Below are positions 48,220-57,774 of a stretch of 64,000 nucleotides of DNA, in pieces. A model generated the notes under the pieces. The model worked only from the letters and a program-made list of their open reading frames with translations. It ran no database searches and was not told where the DNA came from. The number at the start of each line of letters is the position of its first letter. The first letter of the stretch is position 1. The translations under genes and the position numbers were made by a program. The stretch lies in the IMG/VR virus record IMGVR_UViG_3300008448_000040, positions 1 through 64,000 of that record; one strand, given 5' to 3'. This DNA comes from a virus.

Positions 48220-48349
48220 ACATCGTTCTCGCCGCGCGACTCACCCAGCACCTCATCCATATAGATCAGTGCAGGGGCTTCCTTCGCGAAGATCTTACGG
48301 ATCTCATCGAATCCGTCCACGTTCTCAATCACCACAAAAACCTTCTTCA

Positions 48350-48550
48350 TTACGCTGCCTCCTTGAAGATTGCTGCGTAGACACGCTCGCGAACCTCTGT
48401 GTCCCCTGCTTCGGCCAGATCAGGCACCTCTGAGATCTGCCGTAGGACACCACACACCTCAGCTGCCGTCCAGCCAATCTGCTTCGCAGCGATCACAACA
48501 CCATCCACGACCCTGTTGCCGTACTCTGAAAACATTCCGTAGTTCATCAT
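48350..48550 (-). CDS. Hypothetical early protein
   Basis: YGMFS..GN..V motif; ends in KEAA, whose codons double as a downstream RBS. Confidence 0.6.
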   Translation of the reverse strand: MMNYGMFSEYGNRVVDGVVIAAKQIGWTAAEVCGVLRQISEVPDLAEAGDTEVRERVYAAIFKEAA

Positions 48551-48936
48551 ACTGCCTCCTTACCGTAGCCTGCTGGGATATCCTTGAGTGAATCCACCTT
48601 CGCGCGGTACCGTGCTTGCACATCTTCCTCTGCCTCACGGCGATCCATCATCTCGAACACGATGAACTTCGCGATGTTCAACTGCTTGCGGACACTCTCT
48701 GCTGCACGTGCACTCACGATCTTACTGCCGCCTTCGATACCCGAGCCCATCGCTAGCAGCTCCTGGCAGTCACTCAAGATTCCTGCTACGACCATCTCCA
48801 AGCCAGACAACCGTGCGGTCAGTGACTCGAGGTACTCCTCGCGGATGTCTTCCGCGCTCATGCCGTACATGCGCTTTTCTGCTTCATTCATTTTTGTCTC
48901 CTTTCGTTTGTTCATGTAGCCCACTATCAACTTCAA
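48547..48936 (-). CDS. Hypothetical early protein
   Basis: First gene after the promoter at 48923-48951, so the true start is downstream of the track start. Confidence 0.55.
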   Translation of the reverse strand: MKLIVGYMNKRKETKMNEAEKRMYGMSAEDIREEYLESLTARLSGLEMVVAGILSDCQELLAMGSGIEGGSKIVSARAAESVRKQLNIAKFIVFEMMDRREAEEDVQARYRAKVDSLKDIPAGYGKEAV

Positions 48937-48951
48937 ACGAAATTAGATCAA
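48923..48951 (-). promoter_or_regulatory. Early promoter, TAATTTC family
   Basis: TTGATC-TAATTTC...(17 nt)-GATAGT. Confidence 0.65.
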
Positions 48952-48997
48952 CATGCAAAACACCGCAGAAAACCAGGCTGGTTGCAATTATTTTCTG

Positions 48998-49354
48998 TTA
49001 CAAGTATAGTAACTGGTTTCTCGCTAACTCGAGGTGCCGGCAGTCGCTGCGGAACTGAAACCCCTGGCAGGTACACGTAGCAGAGTCGTCCTGCAGGATA
49101 ACAGTATACTCAGCTCCCCTGCTACCCTCTACCTGCACGGAGACAATGTGCTTTACATTCTCCTTAGTCTCCCCTGCATAGTGCGAGACAAACTGGAATG
49201 TTCTGCCGCGTGTAGAGAAGCGTATAGGCTGCTTGAACATCTGCAGCGGCTCTTCTCCGAGTATAGAGTATCCATGCATATATTGCTTCGATTCATCCAG
49301 CAAATACACATGGTTCGGAGTAGTCCAATCAGTTGTCTCTCTATAAAGATTCAT
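48998..49354 (-). CDS. SWIM zinc-finger protein
   Basis: VEGSRG..YTV...CTCQGFQFRSDCRHL (CxC-Xn-CxH). Confidence 0.75.
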   Translation of the reverse strand: MNLYRETTDWTTPNHVYLLDESKQYMHGYSILGEEPLQMFKQPIRFSTRGRTFQFVSHYAGETKENVKHIVSVQVEGSRGAEYTVILQDDSATCTCQGFQFRSDCRHLELARNQLLYL

Positions 49355-49425
49355 GTTTTCCCGCTGTATCTAATAGGTGCGATTCTACGAAATATTATAT
49401 CGTGTGATACTAGTTTAAGGATATA

Positions 49426-50500
49426 TTATAGCGTGATAGAGTATTTCTCTGACTCTAATTCCAGCTCTTCTATTGCTTGGTCTAGAGTCTCAAATCCTGT
49501 CACTGTATACCGCTCACCAAACTCCGGAGTCATTTTAAAATAATACTCTCCGTCTCCGTAGGCAGGATCTGTATCTCTACCTGCTTCTCCGTAAGCATTG
49601 TAGTATAAACAAATTTCCATTAATTTGTATTCTCCAATCGTGCTTGCTCGACAAGGGTCAGAATATCGGCTATCTGTACTTCTGTTATGTGATTAGAGTA
49701 TGAATCTAGCTGCCCTCTGATCTCACACAAGTAGATAAACTTGTTCATTAGCTTGTCAATGTACTCTTGATTGTTATTCATTCTCTAGCTCCTCTTCTTT
49801 GGACAGTAGGAAGTCGTTGTATAGTACATCGAAGAATATTGGATCTACTTCGCGCAGGACTCTTCCCGCAGCGAATTCAACTCCTAGTATTTTGTAGGGA
49901 GGATACGTCTCATCCATCATATCTTGGAAGTCATCTTTGGTGAACATTACTCTGCTCCTAGTAGGATTAATTCGATCTTTTTCATCTGATCAGCATTGAT
50001 ACGAAGGAAGTTGGTCTTCTTGCCCAGCGTTAGAATTTGAATGTCAAATCCGTACGGAAAGTTCTCATCTGTCAGCGGAATCGGAGCAACCTGAAATAAT
50101 TGCTGCTCAATGTAATTCTGTTCAGCTAGCGTCATAGTATCCTCTTAGTAAGCAATAGTGTGAACTGGCTCGAGCTTGCTGATATAGAAGATCTTGCCGT
50201 TTGAAAGCATGCGTGCAGTACGCGATGAGTTCTTCATGTAATCATTGCCGTTTAGATGAAACAAGCGGCCGATTCGAATGTACGAGAATTCTACTGCTGG
50301 ATTCATACACGCTCCATGTCAATCACAAAATCAACCAGCTCGGCGAACAAATCATATGCCTCGCCAAACGAAAGACCCTCATCAACCATCCTATCAAGAA
50401 TGATTTCCATGTACTCAAACCCCATGTCCTTGGGCATCGACAAGTACGTGCGAACTGGCTCGTAGTAAGTGCTTATTACCATTTTTGTATCTCCATTCAT
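49426..50500 (-). other. String of about six very small hypothetical early ORFs (50-65 aa)
   Basis: Track ORFs 49426-49620, 49947-50135 and 50303-50500, plus sub-60 aa ORFs between them, all minus strand with abutting stops/starts. Confidence 0.5.
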
Positions 50501-50515
50501 CGTTTCAGTACCCCC

Positions 50516-50544
50516 ACTATCGCGAAACGATGAAATTAGGTCAA
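50516..50544 (-). promoter_or_regulatory. Early promoter, TAATTTC family
   Basis: TTGACC-TAATTTC...(17 nt)-GATAGT. Confidence 0.7.
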
Positions 50545-50628
50545 CAACGAAAAGCCCGCAGAAATGCAGGCTGTTGAATTAATTAATTTGAAATAGTAAA
50601 ATGCTAACTTTTTTACTGCTGCGGGACG

Positions 50629-50916
50629 TTAATGCAGCTGCAAATCATCAGTTGCTTGAAAGATAGGAATTGAGTCTCTCGTCTTGTGAATATGATCAGT
50701 GATTTTGATGAAATCTTCATCTGGCAAGACTGTCTTGTAAATCATCATTCCAAGCTGAATAGCACTTGCTGCCACAATAAGAGGATCTTTAGTCTCCTCT
50801 ACCAACTCAGTAGATAGATTGGTAAACCTAGTAAATGTTTTTAGCATTGCTTCATCAGCTTTAGACATTTGTTTCATCCTTGTAATTAACGAGCGTAGCA
50901 AAACACTCAAAGTCAC
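50629..50916 (-). CDS. Hypothetical protein
   Basis: Helical ORF ending in LH. Confidence 0.5.
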   Translation of the reverse strand: MTLSVLLRSLITRMKQMSKADEAMLKTFTRFTNLSTELVEETKDPLIVAASAIQLGMMIYKTVLPDEDFIKITDHIHKTRDSIPIFQATDDLQLH

Positions 50917-51097
50917 CCCACGTCATAGAGAACGATTGCCTAGTACCATTCTTCTCAATAATGCAATCAAACCCCTCAGTGTTAGACCATTCCGTCACTT
51001 CCATAAAACAATCTTCACCAGAGAAAAAACAATATGGCTTGATCCGCTGAGACTTGGCCAACCTTCTATACTTTTCAATCACAACTCTCTCCTTCAC
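50861..51097 (-). CDS. Hypothetical protein
   Basis: FMEVTEWSNxEGFD motif. Confidence 0.55.
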   Translation of the reverse strand: MKERVVIEKYRRLAKSQRIKPYCFFSGEDCFMEVTEWSNTEGFDCIIEKNGTRQSFSMTWGDFECFATLVNYKDETNV

Positions 51098-51305
51098 TTG
51101 GATTCAATACATCTGGAGGCACACTAATGTTAAAATGCCTAAAGATCGCTGCCTTGTCATGCTTCGATCTACAAAAAGAAGCACACTCTAAACAAACAAG
51201 ATATAAGAACTTCTCGTTGTACACTTCTATCCACTTGTCAGTCGATACCCCATGCGGCACTAACCTCTTCGCCTCAAGCGATATCCTCTTTGCTATCGTT
51301 TCCAT
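51075..51305 (-). CDS. Hypothetical protein, KFAxLIxxxC paralogue family
   Basis: EKFLYLVCLECASFC...HFNI. Confidence 0.55.
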   Translation of the reverse strand: METIAKRISLEAKRLVPHGVSTDKWIEVYNEKFLYLVCLECASFCRSKHDKAAIFRHFNISVPPDVLNPSEGESCD

Positions 51306-51555
51306 GTATAAAGTACCCCTCTATCCTCCTAGCAGCTCCAGCACTAGTCATCTGCGTATTGGTTCCCTCATTACATATCTGCACACACTTCGCAATAATC
51401 AACCACGCAAATAGTTCCAACTCATAATCATAATTACACGACCAATCAACACCACCCCCAGAAGGTCCCCAAGGCTCATCCATCCACAAATTGAACCCAG
51501 CCTCCTCCACAAAAGATAATATCCGCTCGTTCATCGTGCAATCGCAATCAAACAA
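51274..51555 (-). CDS. Hypothetical protein, KFAxLIxxxC paralogue family
   Basis: MNERI..FVEEAG...ELFAWLIIAKCVQIC...YF. Confidence 0.55.
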   Translation of the reverse strand: MFDCDCTMNERILSFVEEAGFNLWMDEPWGPSGGGVDWSCNYDYELELFAWLIIAKCVQICNEGTNTQMTSAGAARRIEGYFIHGNDSKEDIA

Positions 51556-51621
51556 AATACAAAGAACCCAACATACAAACAGAACTTACTCAAGAACGGA
51601 AAGAACTTGACTGGCGGATGA

Positions 51622-52589
51622 TTAACGATCTTCGTTTCCATATCTGACTCCTGTATATTTGTAAAATTTACGCAATGCCTTACCATACTCAAGGTCTAAT
51701 TCTAAGACAACATCCCCGACAAAACTCTCACCACTTTCGAGTACATTGATCTCATAAATTGAATACTTCCTCGTTCTACAATCATATCCGAGCGTTGGTG
51801 ATAACCACATATCTGCCTCTTCCTCCATAATGACATCAGAACTCACCTAACTTTCCTGCTAGCATCTTGACAGCACGACTAGCAGATTCGTTTGCACTAG
51901 CATGAGCATAATCATTCGACAGCGAATTAAACCCATCAAAAAATACCCACTCACCAGATTCATTCTTCGTCTCAACAACGATATCATACTGCTTGTCAAA
52001 AGGACTCCCATCATGAACAATCCTCACATTACCAAAATCTTGAGCAACATACATTATTTGATCCTCCTACGCGATGGCATTGCGAACATACTATCCTCTG
52101 GAATACCACGCTTAGCAATCGCACCAAGCAACGCATACGATCCACCAAACGCTTGATAAGGATTACGCTTCACCTTCTTCTCTGGATATACTGTAACAGT
52201 AATACCCTCTGCATTGACATAAGAACCAATCGGCTTCATACGTACCCCATCTTCTTTAGATAACCAAACGGAAGACCATTAACGAACTCGAAACTCTCGA
52301 TTTCATTTTCAAAATTTTCTGCTCGCAAGAACCAACCTACAATAGCCTTACGATTAGAACAATCATGCATCAGATTGTCAATGCGATCTTCAAATTCTTC
52401 TGCAGCCATCTTGAAACCTTCTTCTTCATCCTCAATAGCACGATTAAGATCAGCTAGCATGCTATCCCACAACGCTTGCTTCTGCTCAGGATTGAATGCT
52501 GCAAATGTAGCCCAGAAACCACTGTCCGGACGAAACCCATACGCGTCCTTGTGCAAATCGCTAATGACGTTCTCATCGAATGTGTACAT
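51622..52589 (-). other. Four small hypothetical early ORFs (51622-51846, 51836-52054, 52054-52239, 52236-52589)
   Basis: Co-oriented, overlapping stop/start, downstream of the promoter at 52618-52646. Confidence 0.55.
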
Positions 52590-52617
52590 ATCAACTCCTC
52601 ATCAATTCAGTAAGGCA

Positions 52618-52646
52618 AGTATGAGGGTATTTCGAAATTAGGTCAA
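52618..52646 (-). promoter_or_regulatory. Early promoter, TAATTTC family
   Basis: TTGACC-TAATTTC...(17 nt)-CATACT. Confidence 0.7.
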
Positions 52647-52650
52647 CATG

Positions 52651-53043
52651 CTAAACATCGCATTCTACGCGGTATTCCAGTTCTTTTTCAAATAATTCTG
52701 CTAACCAATCAGTAAGATCTTGTGTTTCTAAAATAGCAAATATATGATCGGTCGTGAGCTCACAGAGCGGAACCCACGTAAGTGGCTTCTTACCATCCTT
52801 GCCTCGGGTGCCCCACGCAAATCCTTGCCGTATATCTTCGAAGGGATCATCTACAGTGAGCGAGAACTCAGTGTACGGAGCATCATCATGAATTATACGT
52901 CTTGTATAGTCGAGACCACCATCAACCATGTACTCTCTACCATTCTTATCAGTGTATACTTTATAGTCATGTCTATGATAAGATTGCAGAACAGTACCAT
53001 CTGGAGTGATGATTCTGTTACAAACGAGTTGTGGATTAGCCAT
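52651..53043 (-). CDS. Conserved phage hypothetical protein
   Basis: TPDGT.LQS.HRHDY, MVDGGLDYxRR, WGTRGKDG motifs. Confidence 0.65.
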   Translation of the reverse strand: MANPQLVCNRIITPDGTVLQSYHRHDYKVYTDKNGREYMVDGGLDYTRRIIHDDAPYTEFSLTVDDPFEDIRQGFAWGTRGKDGKKPLTWVPLCELTTDHIFAILETQDLTDWLAELFEKELEYRVECDV

Positions 53044-53218
53044 AGTATTTTACTCTCACATTGGTTATATCTTCACAAGTTAGATAGTAGGCAACAGTCT
53101 GTTCTGTTGTCTTTTTATCCAAAGTTCTAAGATAGTCTTCGTATTTTACTTTACCGCCATACAACAAACGAGTAAAGTAAATACAAAACTTATACCCTCC
53201 GTTCTTCATACAAACTCC

Positions 53219-54097
53219 TTAGTTGACCAACATATACTTAGCAAGTTGCTCCCAGTCCTTATCACCAGCCTGACGAATCTTAGCTACATTGATAAGAGTA
53301 CGCAGGTTGATCTCACGAGCCTCGTTACGATTAGTCTTCAGAAACTCAAACGCCTCGAACTTCATTACAGAAGGAACATTAGGCAAGAAGTTATCACGAT
53401 TGACAATAAACTCCATACGATCGATCTTCTGATCAACAGTCATCGATAAGTCTACACACATCGAACGACTACGAATAGCCTGATTGATCTTATCCTGAGT
53501 CAAGTTAGATACAAAGATCACACCACCAGTAAACTGGAACATAGACGGAATGTTATCGTCCGAGAAGCTAGTGTTCCAAGTAATATAACGCTTGTCGTAC
53601 GAGTCAAGAGCACCCTTCAGAAGGTTCAACGCATCTGGATCCTTCAGAATAGAATCACAATCGTCAAACACAACAGTAGCATTCCTGTGCTCATACAACA
53701 ACTTGAACAAACCCTTAGGTGTAGAGTATCCCTTGATCACAACGAACATAGTCTCGTCAGTCTCAACAGAACCGATATCTACATCCGCAATAAGATCCGT
53801 CACATTACGAAGACCAGCGCGCTCCAAAGAATCAATAACAGTGTGAGTCTTACCTAGACCACCTTCACCAGTAATCACAACCGATGGAGTAATACGCTTA
53901 GCGATCATGTCGACGATCTTACCGACGAACTCAAAACGTTGATTGATAGGAAACTCAACAGCCTTGTTGTCAACCGCAGGCTCGTCAACATATCCATCGA
54001 TCTTCTGCTTCAAGTAATACTTAGACTTGGAACGAGCAACCTCGATACCAGCAGAGTTATAAGCAACAAATACACCACCTAAGTTCTTGATTTCCAT
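53219..54097 (-). CDS. P-loop (AAA+-like) ATPase
   Basis: Walker A GEGGLGKT, Walker B VVFDDCD, AIRSRS arginine finger; start probably MEIKN. Confidence 0.8.
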   Translation of the reverse strand: MEIKNLGGVFVAYNSAGIEVARSKSKYYLKQKIDGYVDEPAVDNKAVEFPINQRFEFVGKIVDMIAKRITPSVVITGEGGLGKTHTVIDSLERAGLRNVTDLIADVDIGSVETDETMFVVIKGYSTPKGLFKLLYEHRNATVVFDDCDSILKDPDALNLLKGALDSYDKRYITWNTSFSDDNIPSMFQFTGGVIFVSNLTQDKINQAIRSRSMCVDLSMTVDQKIDRMEFIVNRDNFLPNVPSVMKFEAFEFLKTNRNEAREINLRTLINVAKIRQAGDKDWEQLAKYMLVN

Positions 54098-54098
54098 G

Positions 54099-54263
54099 TT
54101 ATTGCATCCCATAGTAAGTAGCATCCATATCGTACGAGTAAGATGCATATCGCATCATCTCTTCGTTAGCACACAATGCATCAACATACTCATTATACAC
54201 AATCTCAGCCTGCTCGTCAATAGCAAGCTGAGCTAGGTCTCTTAACAAAGTATTAACATCCAT
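54099..54263 (-). CDS. Small acidic hypothetical protein (54 aa)
   Basis: Not in track. MDVNTLLRDLAQLAIDEQAE...YYGMQ, SD GGAGG, right after the promoter at 54287-54315. Confidence 0.55.
   Translation of the reverse strand: MDVNTLLRDLAQLAIDEQAEIVYNEYVDALCANEEMMRYASYSYDMDATYYGMQ
54192..54220 (-). promoter_or_regulatory. Possible internal sigma70 promoter for the ATPase
   Basis: TTGACG-17 nt-TATAAT; the -35 is flanked by the inverted repeat CTCAGC...GCTGAG. Confidence 0.5.
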
Positions 54264-54286
54264 GATTCCTCCCAAACAATAAGGAG

Positions 54287-54315
54287 ATTATATTGGAGCG
54301 TGGAAATTAGGTCAA
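54287..54315 (-). promoter_or_regulatory. Early promoter, TAATTTC family
   Basis: TTGACC-TAATTTC...(17 nt)-TATAAT. Confidence 0.8.
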
Positions 54316-54344
54316 CAAAAAAGTTCTTCTGTAAAATCAAGGAG

Positions 54345-54695
54345 TTAGTCGCAATCGAACCAAATATCTCTGCCTGATCTCTTAGATCTCAGGTCTTCCT
54401 CATAGTAATCTGGAGCGATTGGTTCACCCATATCTTCCTCTGTGGGCATTTCGATTGTGGAGTCGTTCTTGATTAGCCTAGCGGCATTGGCGATGTGGGA
54501 TAGTTTCCACTTGTGAGTCTCTGCTGCTTCAGTCTTGTAGTACGCAGCAACAGAGATTGATTTGTTTATCTTGTCAAGATCAGAGTGCTCTCTGACGTTC
54601 GCACAGCTCCTACTACAAAACAATCCTGGTTTTGTATGCTGTGCATTGCAGCGAGGACACTGCTTGCTAGAAATAATCTTCTTCGGGCGGCCCAT
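54345..54695 (-). CDS. Zinc-binding hypothetical protein
   Basis: CPRC...FCSRSCAN motif. Confidence 0.6.
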   Translation of the reverse strand: MGRPKKIISSKQCPRCNAQHTKPGLFCSRSCANVREHSDLDKINKSISVAAYYKTEAAETHKWKLSHIANAARLIKNDSTIEMPTEEDMGEPIAPDYYEEDLRSKRSGRDIWFDCD

Positions 54696-54900
54696 TGAAA
54701 TACTTCTTAGCTTTATCTACAGCTTCTTCTAGAGTAACGGCAAGAACTTTAACATAAGCTACTCCATTGTTGATGTACATATCAAAAGGAACTTCACCCT
54801 GAAACGAGAATCCTTCTGGAACCTTCACAACAACTTCCCACTCTTTAAGATTCTTTATTCTGGTTATAACTTTGTCGATGTCTTGCCTATTCATGATCAC
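54667..54900 (-). CDS. Hypothetical protein
   Basis: Operonic ORF. Confidence 0.55.
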   Translation of the reverse strand: MIMNRQDIDKVITRIKNLKEWEVVVKVPEGFSFQGEVPFDMYINNGVAYVKVLAVTLEEAVDKAKKYFNGPPEEDYF

Positions 54901-55454
54901 TCCATTTGGTCAAAGTTTCTTGTAAACCACATTGCGAGAGTAAATCTTGTACCACTCATGATCTCCTTGACACCATGCTTCATGTCCGAAGGAAATACTG
55001 CGAGAGATCCTACCTCTGGTTTTACTTCATAACCAGACTCAAAAAAAGTCTCTCCACCAAAGTAATTGGTATTAAGATAAAGTACGCAGCTGAAGTGTCT
55101 GTTTTTTAAGTAACTATCTCTGGGATCATTTTTACCCATACCATTATCAACATGGAGATCCATCCTCCTACCTTCAACCCACATCACAAGATCTGTGTAG
55201 TGGGGATAGACTGGCTCATTAGCATATAAACAAACCCTTTGACCTATTGCATATCTGACTTTGTCTAACTGCTTTTTGATGTGAGCATCGACGTCTTGAT
55301 ATCCAACCGAATCATTTTCATGCCAAGGAAAATTGTTTAAGTTTCTGTCCTTAGGTGTAGAAACTTTGTCTAAAATGTAGTTCATTAACGAATCACATTG
55401 TATGTCGTCAAGTACATTATGGTAAGTTTTCATTTCGTTATAGTTCCTATACAT
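54897..55454 (-). CDS. 2OG-Fe(II) oxygenase (prolyl-hydroxylase-like)
   Basis: HVD, SCVLYLN..Y.GGET.F, HGVKEI.SGTRFTL. Confidence 0.88.
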   Translation of the reverse strand: MYRNYNEMKTYHNVLDDIQCDSLMNYILDKVSTPKDRNLNNFPWHENDSVGYQDVDAHIKKQLDKVRYAIGQRVCLYANEPVYPHYTDLVMWVEGRRMDLHVDNGMGKNDPRDSYLKNRHFSCVLYLNTNYFGGETFFESGYEVKPEVGSLAVFPSDMKHGVKEIMSGTRFTLAMWFTRNFDQME

Positions 55455-55456
55455 AA

Positions 55457-56113
55457 TTAAAGTTCATCAGCCTGCATTCTTTTCATAACAGCATGAGCTG
55501 ATTTTCTAATAATATCAAGCTCAGTTTTATCTTCAGTATGAAAATGAAACCAGCTAGTAACAATAGTTTTGTATTGTGTGTTGGAAATGTTTCCTCTATG
55601 AGTGAACATCCATTCAGCAGGAGCAATCAGAGTCAATCCTCTTTCTGGCTTAATTTTTATTTTTTGATACATGAACTCTGTTTCACCACAGTCATCAATA
55701 TCATTCAAATAGGTTATCCAAAAAAAAGCTCTTAGCAAATTAGGTAATGTGATAGTAGAACGCTCACAGTGCCAAGCAGGATAACCTCCTCCAGGAGGGT
55801 ACCGCTGAATGTTAACACTTTCCATGTGAGCTATACCACAAATATTCTCTAAACACCTTGTCTCTTTTATGTAAGTATCCATACATGGAGTTACAATATT
55901 CTGCATGTAGTTGTTGAATACATCTGGATCAAGTAACGGTAAATCAAAGCTGTGTTTTACATCTTTATTGACAATAAAATGAGAAGTTTTTCCTTCCTCT
56001 GCCATATGAGTGTGTTCGTTATAATAAAGAGTAATATCTTCAATTATATCTAATCTCTCAGTGTAATATGCTTTAATAAAATCTTGCGATTCATTTATTT
56101 CATGTGGCCTCAT
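55457..56113 (-). CDS. 2OG-Fe(II) oxygenase
   Basis: NIQRY.PGGGY..WHCER, ITYLND..D.GETEF, HRGN...K.IVTSW. Confidence 0.88.
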   Translation of the reverse strand: MRPHEINESQDFIKAYYTERLDIIEDITLYYNEHTHMAEEGKTSHFIVNKDVKHSFDLPLLDPDVFNNYMQNIVTPCMDTYIKETRCLENICGIAHMESVNIQRYPPGGGYPAWHCERSTITLPNLLRAFFWITYLNDIDDCGETEFMYQKIKIKPERGLTLIAPAEWMFTHRGNISNTQYKTIVTSWFHFHTEDKTELDIIRKSAHAVMKRMQADEL

Positions 56114-56125
56114 GTTTCTCCCAAT

Positions 56126-56158
56126 AAAAAAACCCTGCCACTGTATTTAGTGGCAGGG
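56126..56158 (-). terminator. Intrinsic terminator
   Basis: CCCTGCCACT-loop-AGTGGCAGGG followed by T7 on the minus strand. Confidence 0.85.
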
Positions 56159-56173
56159 AACAAGCTCTATGTG

Positions 56174-56698
56174 TTAGCGCTTGAAGACTCGTGAAACATA
56201 GTAATATGCATTTGCATATGTAATGTTAAGATCAGAAGCAATCATCTGAGCGATCTCTCCATTGGTCTTGTCCTTGTTTGCATCAAAGATAGCCTTAGCA
56301 CGATCCTTTTTGTCATTAGACTTAGTAGACTTGATAGCCTTAACTCTGGTCGTGGATGTAGATGATGCTACCTCATCTGGATTGAACACATAAGGCATAG
56401 TCTTCTTGATCTTCTCGAGCTTAGAGTCAGCGACTGCAATAGCTTCAGGACGATCGTAATCAGGTTGAATTATTGCTTGCTCAACAAGCGCTTTGGCAAT
56501 AATACGAGCAGAAGCGAGATCATACTGATCACTACCGCCAAGATCAGAGATGATAGAGTTAGCATAAGATAACGGATCTGAGGATAGTCCAATATCTTCA
56601 CCAACTTGTTGAATAGCTTTGACAACTGAATCAGTCTTGATACCATATTGTTTGAGTACTTGCTTACCATTGATCACAGCAGACATATATTTCTCCAT
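56174..56698 (-). CDS. Hypothetical protein with possible C-terminal HTH
   Basis: NGEIAQMIASDLNITYANAYYYV; has its own promoter and terminator. Confidence 0.6.
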   Translation of the reverse strand: MEKYMSAVINGKQVLKQYGIKTDSVVKAIQQVGEDIGLSSDPLSYANSIISDLGGSDQYDLASARIIAKALVEQAIIQPDYDRPEAIAVADSKLEKIKKTMPYVFNPDEVASSTSTTRVKAIKSTKSNDKKDRAKAIFDANKDKTNGEIAQMIASDLNITYANAYYYVSRVFKR

Positions 56699-56728
56699 AA
56701 TAAAATATTAACTAAGTACAACAATGTT

Positions 56729-56757
56729 ATAGTAAGTTATTTGGAAAAATAAGTCAA
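56729..56757 (-). promoter_or_regulatory. sigma70-type promoter
   Basis: TTGACT-17 nt-TACTAT. Confidence 0.65.
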
Positions 56758-56774
56758 CACCCTGGTTTCATGCG

Positions 56775-57161
56775 CTATTTGATGAACATCATCATCAGTC
56801 CTGGAACAACTTTGCCAAAGTTTTCTGATGTTTTTTTGAAGAAATCACGATCTGCATCATAATTATCATTGGAACGTACTGCATCAAAACGAGGAATACC
56901 ACCTTGCACGGACTGACTCATGTGAACAGAGTTATCGACTTTCGCGCCAGGAGAATTGACAATCATTGTACCAATCGTAATGTTATCACCACTGACGATT
57001 GGACCACCTCGAGGTCTAGGAGTATTTGATGTTGATCTAACTATCTTATGCTCAACAATAACATCTTCCATGTAAACAGAACCTTGTTCTTGTTTAGTGG
57101 ATGCACAACCAACAACACTAGTTATTGTCAAAAATGTTAATGCAGCTCTCAATGTATTCAC
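56775..57161 (-). CDS. Putative lipoprotein
   Basis: Signal peptide ending VVGC. Confidence 0.55.
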   Translation of the reverse strand: MNTLRAALTFLTITSVVGCASTKQEQGSVYMEDVIVEHKIVRSTSNTPRPRGGPIVSGDNITIGTMIVNSPGAKVDNSVHMSQSVQGGIPRFDAVRSNDNYDADRDFFKKTSENFGKVVPGLMMMFIK

Positions 57162-57774
57162 TTGGATCTTTCACATACACCTGAGGACTATCGTTGTCCA
57201 CGGCGATCATAATAACAATCTGTTCAACATCTAGATCATATCTCTCTTTCACCATCAAAGCATAGGCAGTAGATTGTATGAAATAGTTCTGGATCCATTC
57301 TTCTCTTTTAGGTTTGTTTGCAGTCTTGTAATCTAGAACTGTAACTTTACCATTGTACTTACAGATAAGATCGGAAGTACCTGCTGCACGTAGTCTATCT
57401 GAGTAGAGTGGATATTCGATACCATACACCTCATCAACATATTTGTCAACAAAAGGTTGAAGATCTAGAAACAAAGAGGTTGTTGTTGGCATTTTGTTCA
57501 ACGCAAAGTCTTCTGAGTTACCAATGTAGTCTTCCATCATTGTATGTAACTTAGTTCCTCTGTTCGATGCTTTGCTAGCAATTCGATTGGCTTCTTGTTC
57601 ACCGACCTTACTTCTCCACTTTGCTATGCCATCTGCAGATAGTTTTGAAAGTATGGTAGTGACAGAACGATATCTGTCACCATTTGGAGTTACATAGTAT
57701 CTTTTACCATCAACCTCTACTCTCGGTATTTCAAGTCTAGGAAGTAATTTATGCTCGAAGTATTTTGTTCTCAC
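57118..57774 (-). CDS. PD-(D/E)XK exonuclease (T4-like myophage exonuclease)
   Basis: RYYVTPNG..SVTT, RGTKLH, AGTSDLI, VLDYKT, YFIQSTAYA. Confidence 0.88.
   Translation of the reverse strand: MRTKYFEHKLLPRLEIPRVEVDGKRYYVTPNGDRYRSVTTILSKLSADGIAKWRSKVGEQEANRIASKASNRGTKLHTMMEDYIGNSEDFALNKMPTTTSLFLDLQPFVDKYVDEVYGIEYPLYSDRLRAAGTSDLICKYNGKVTVLDYKTANKPKREEWIQNYFIQSTAYALMVKERYDLDVEQIVIMIAVDNDSPQVYVKDPSEYIESCINIFDNN

Noticed and set aside
57118-57774. Cas4-like nuclease as part of a CRISPR-related system
   Set aside because: Lacks the four-Cys Fe-S motif and any cas context; fits the ordinary T4-like PD-(D/E)XK exonuclease.
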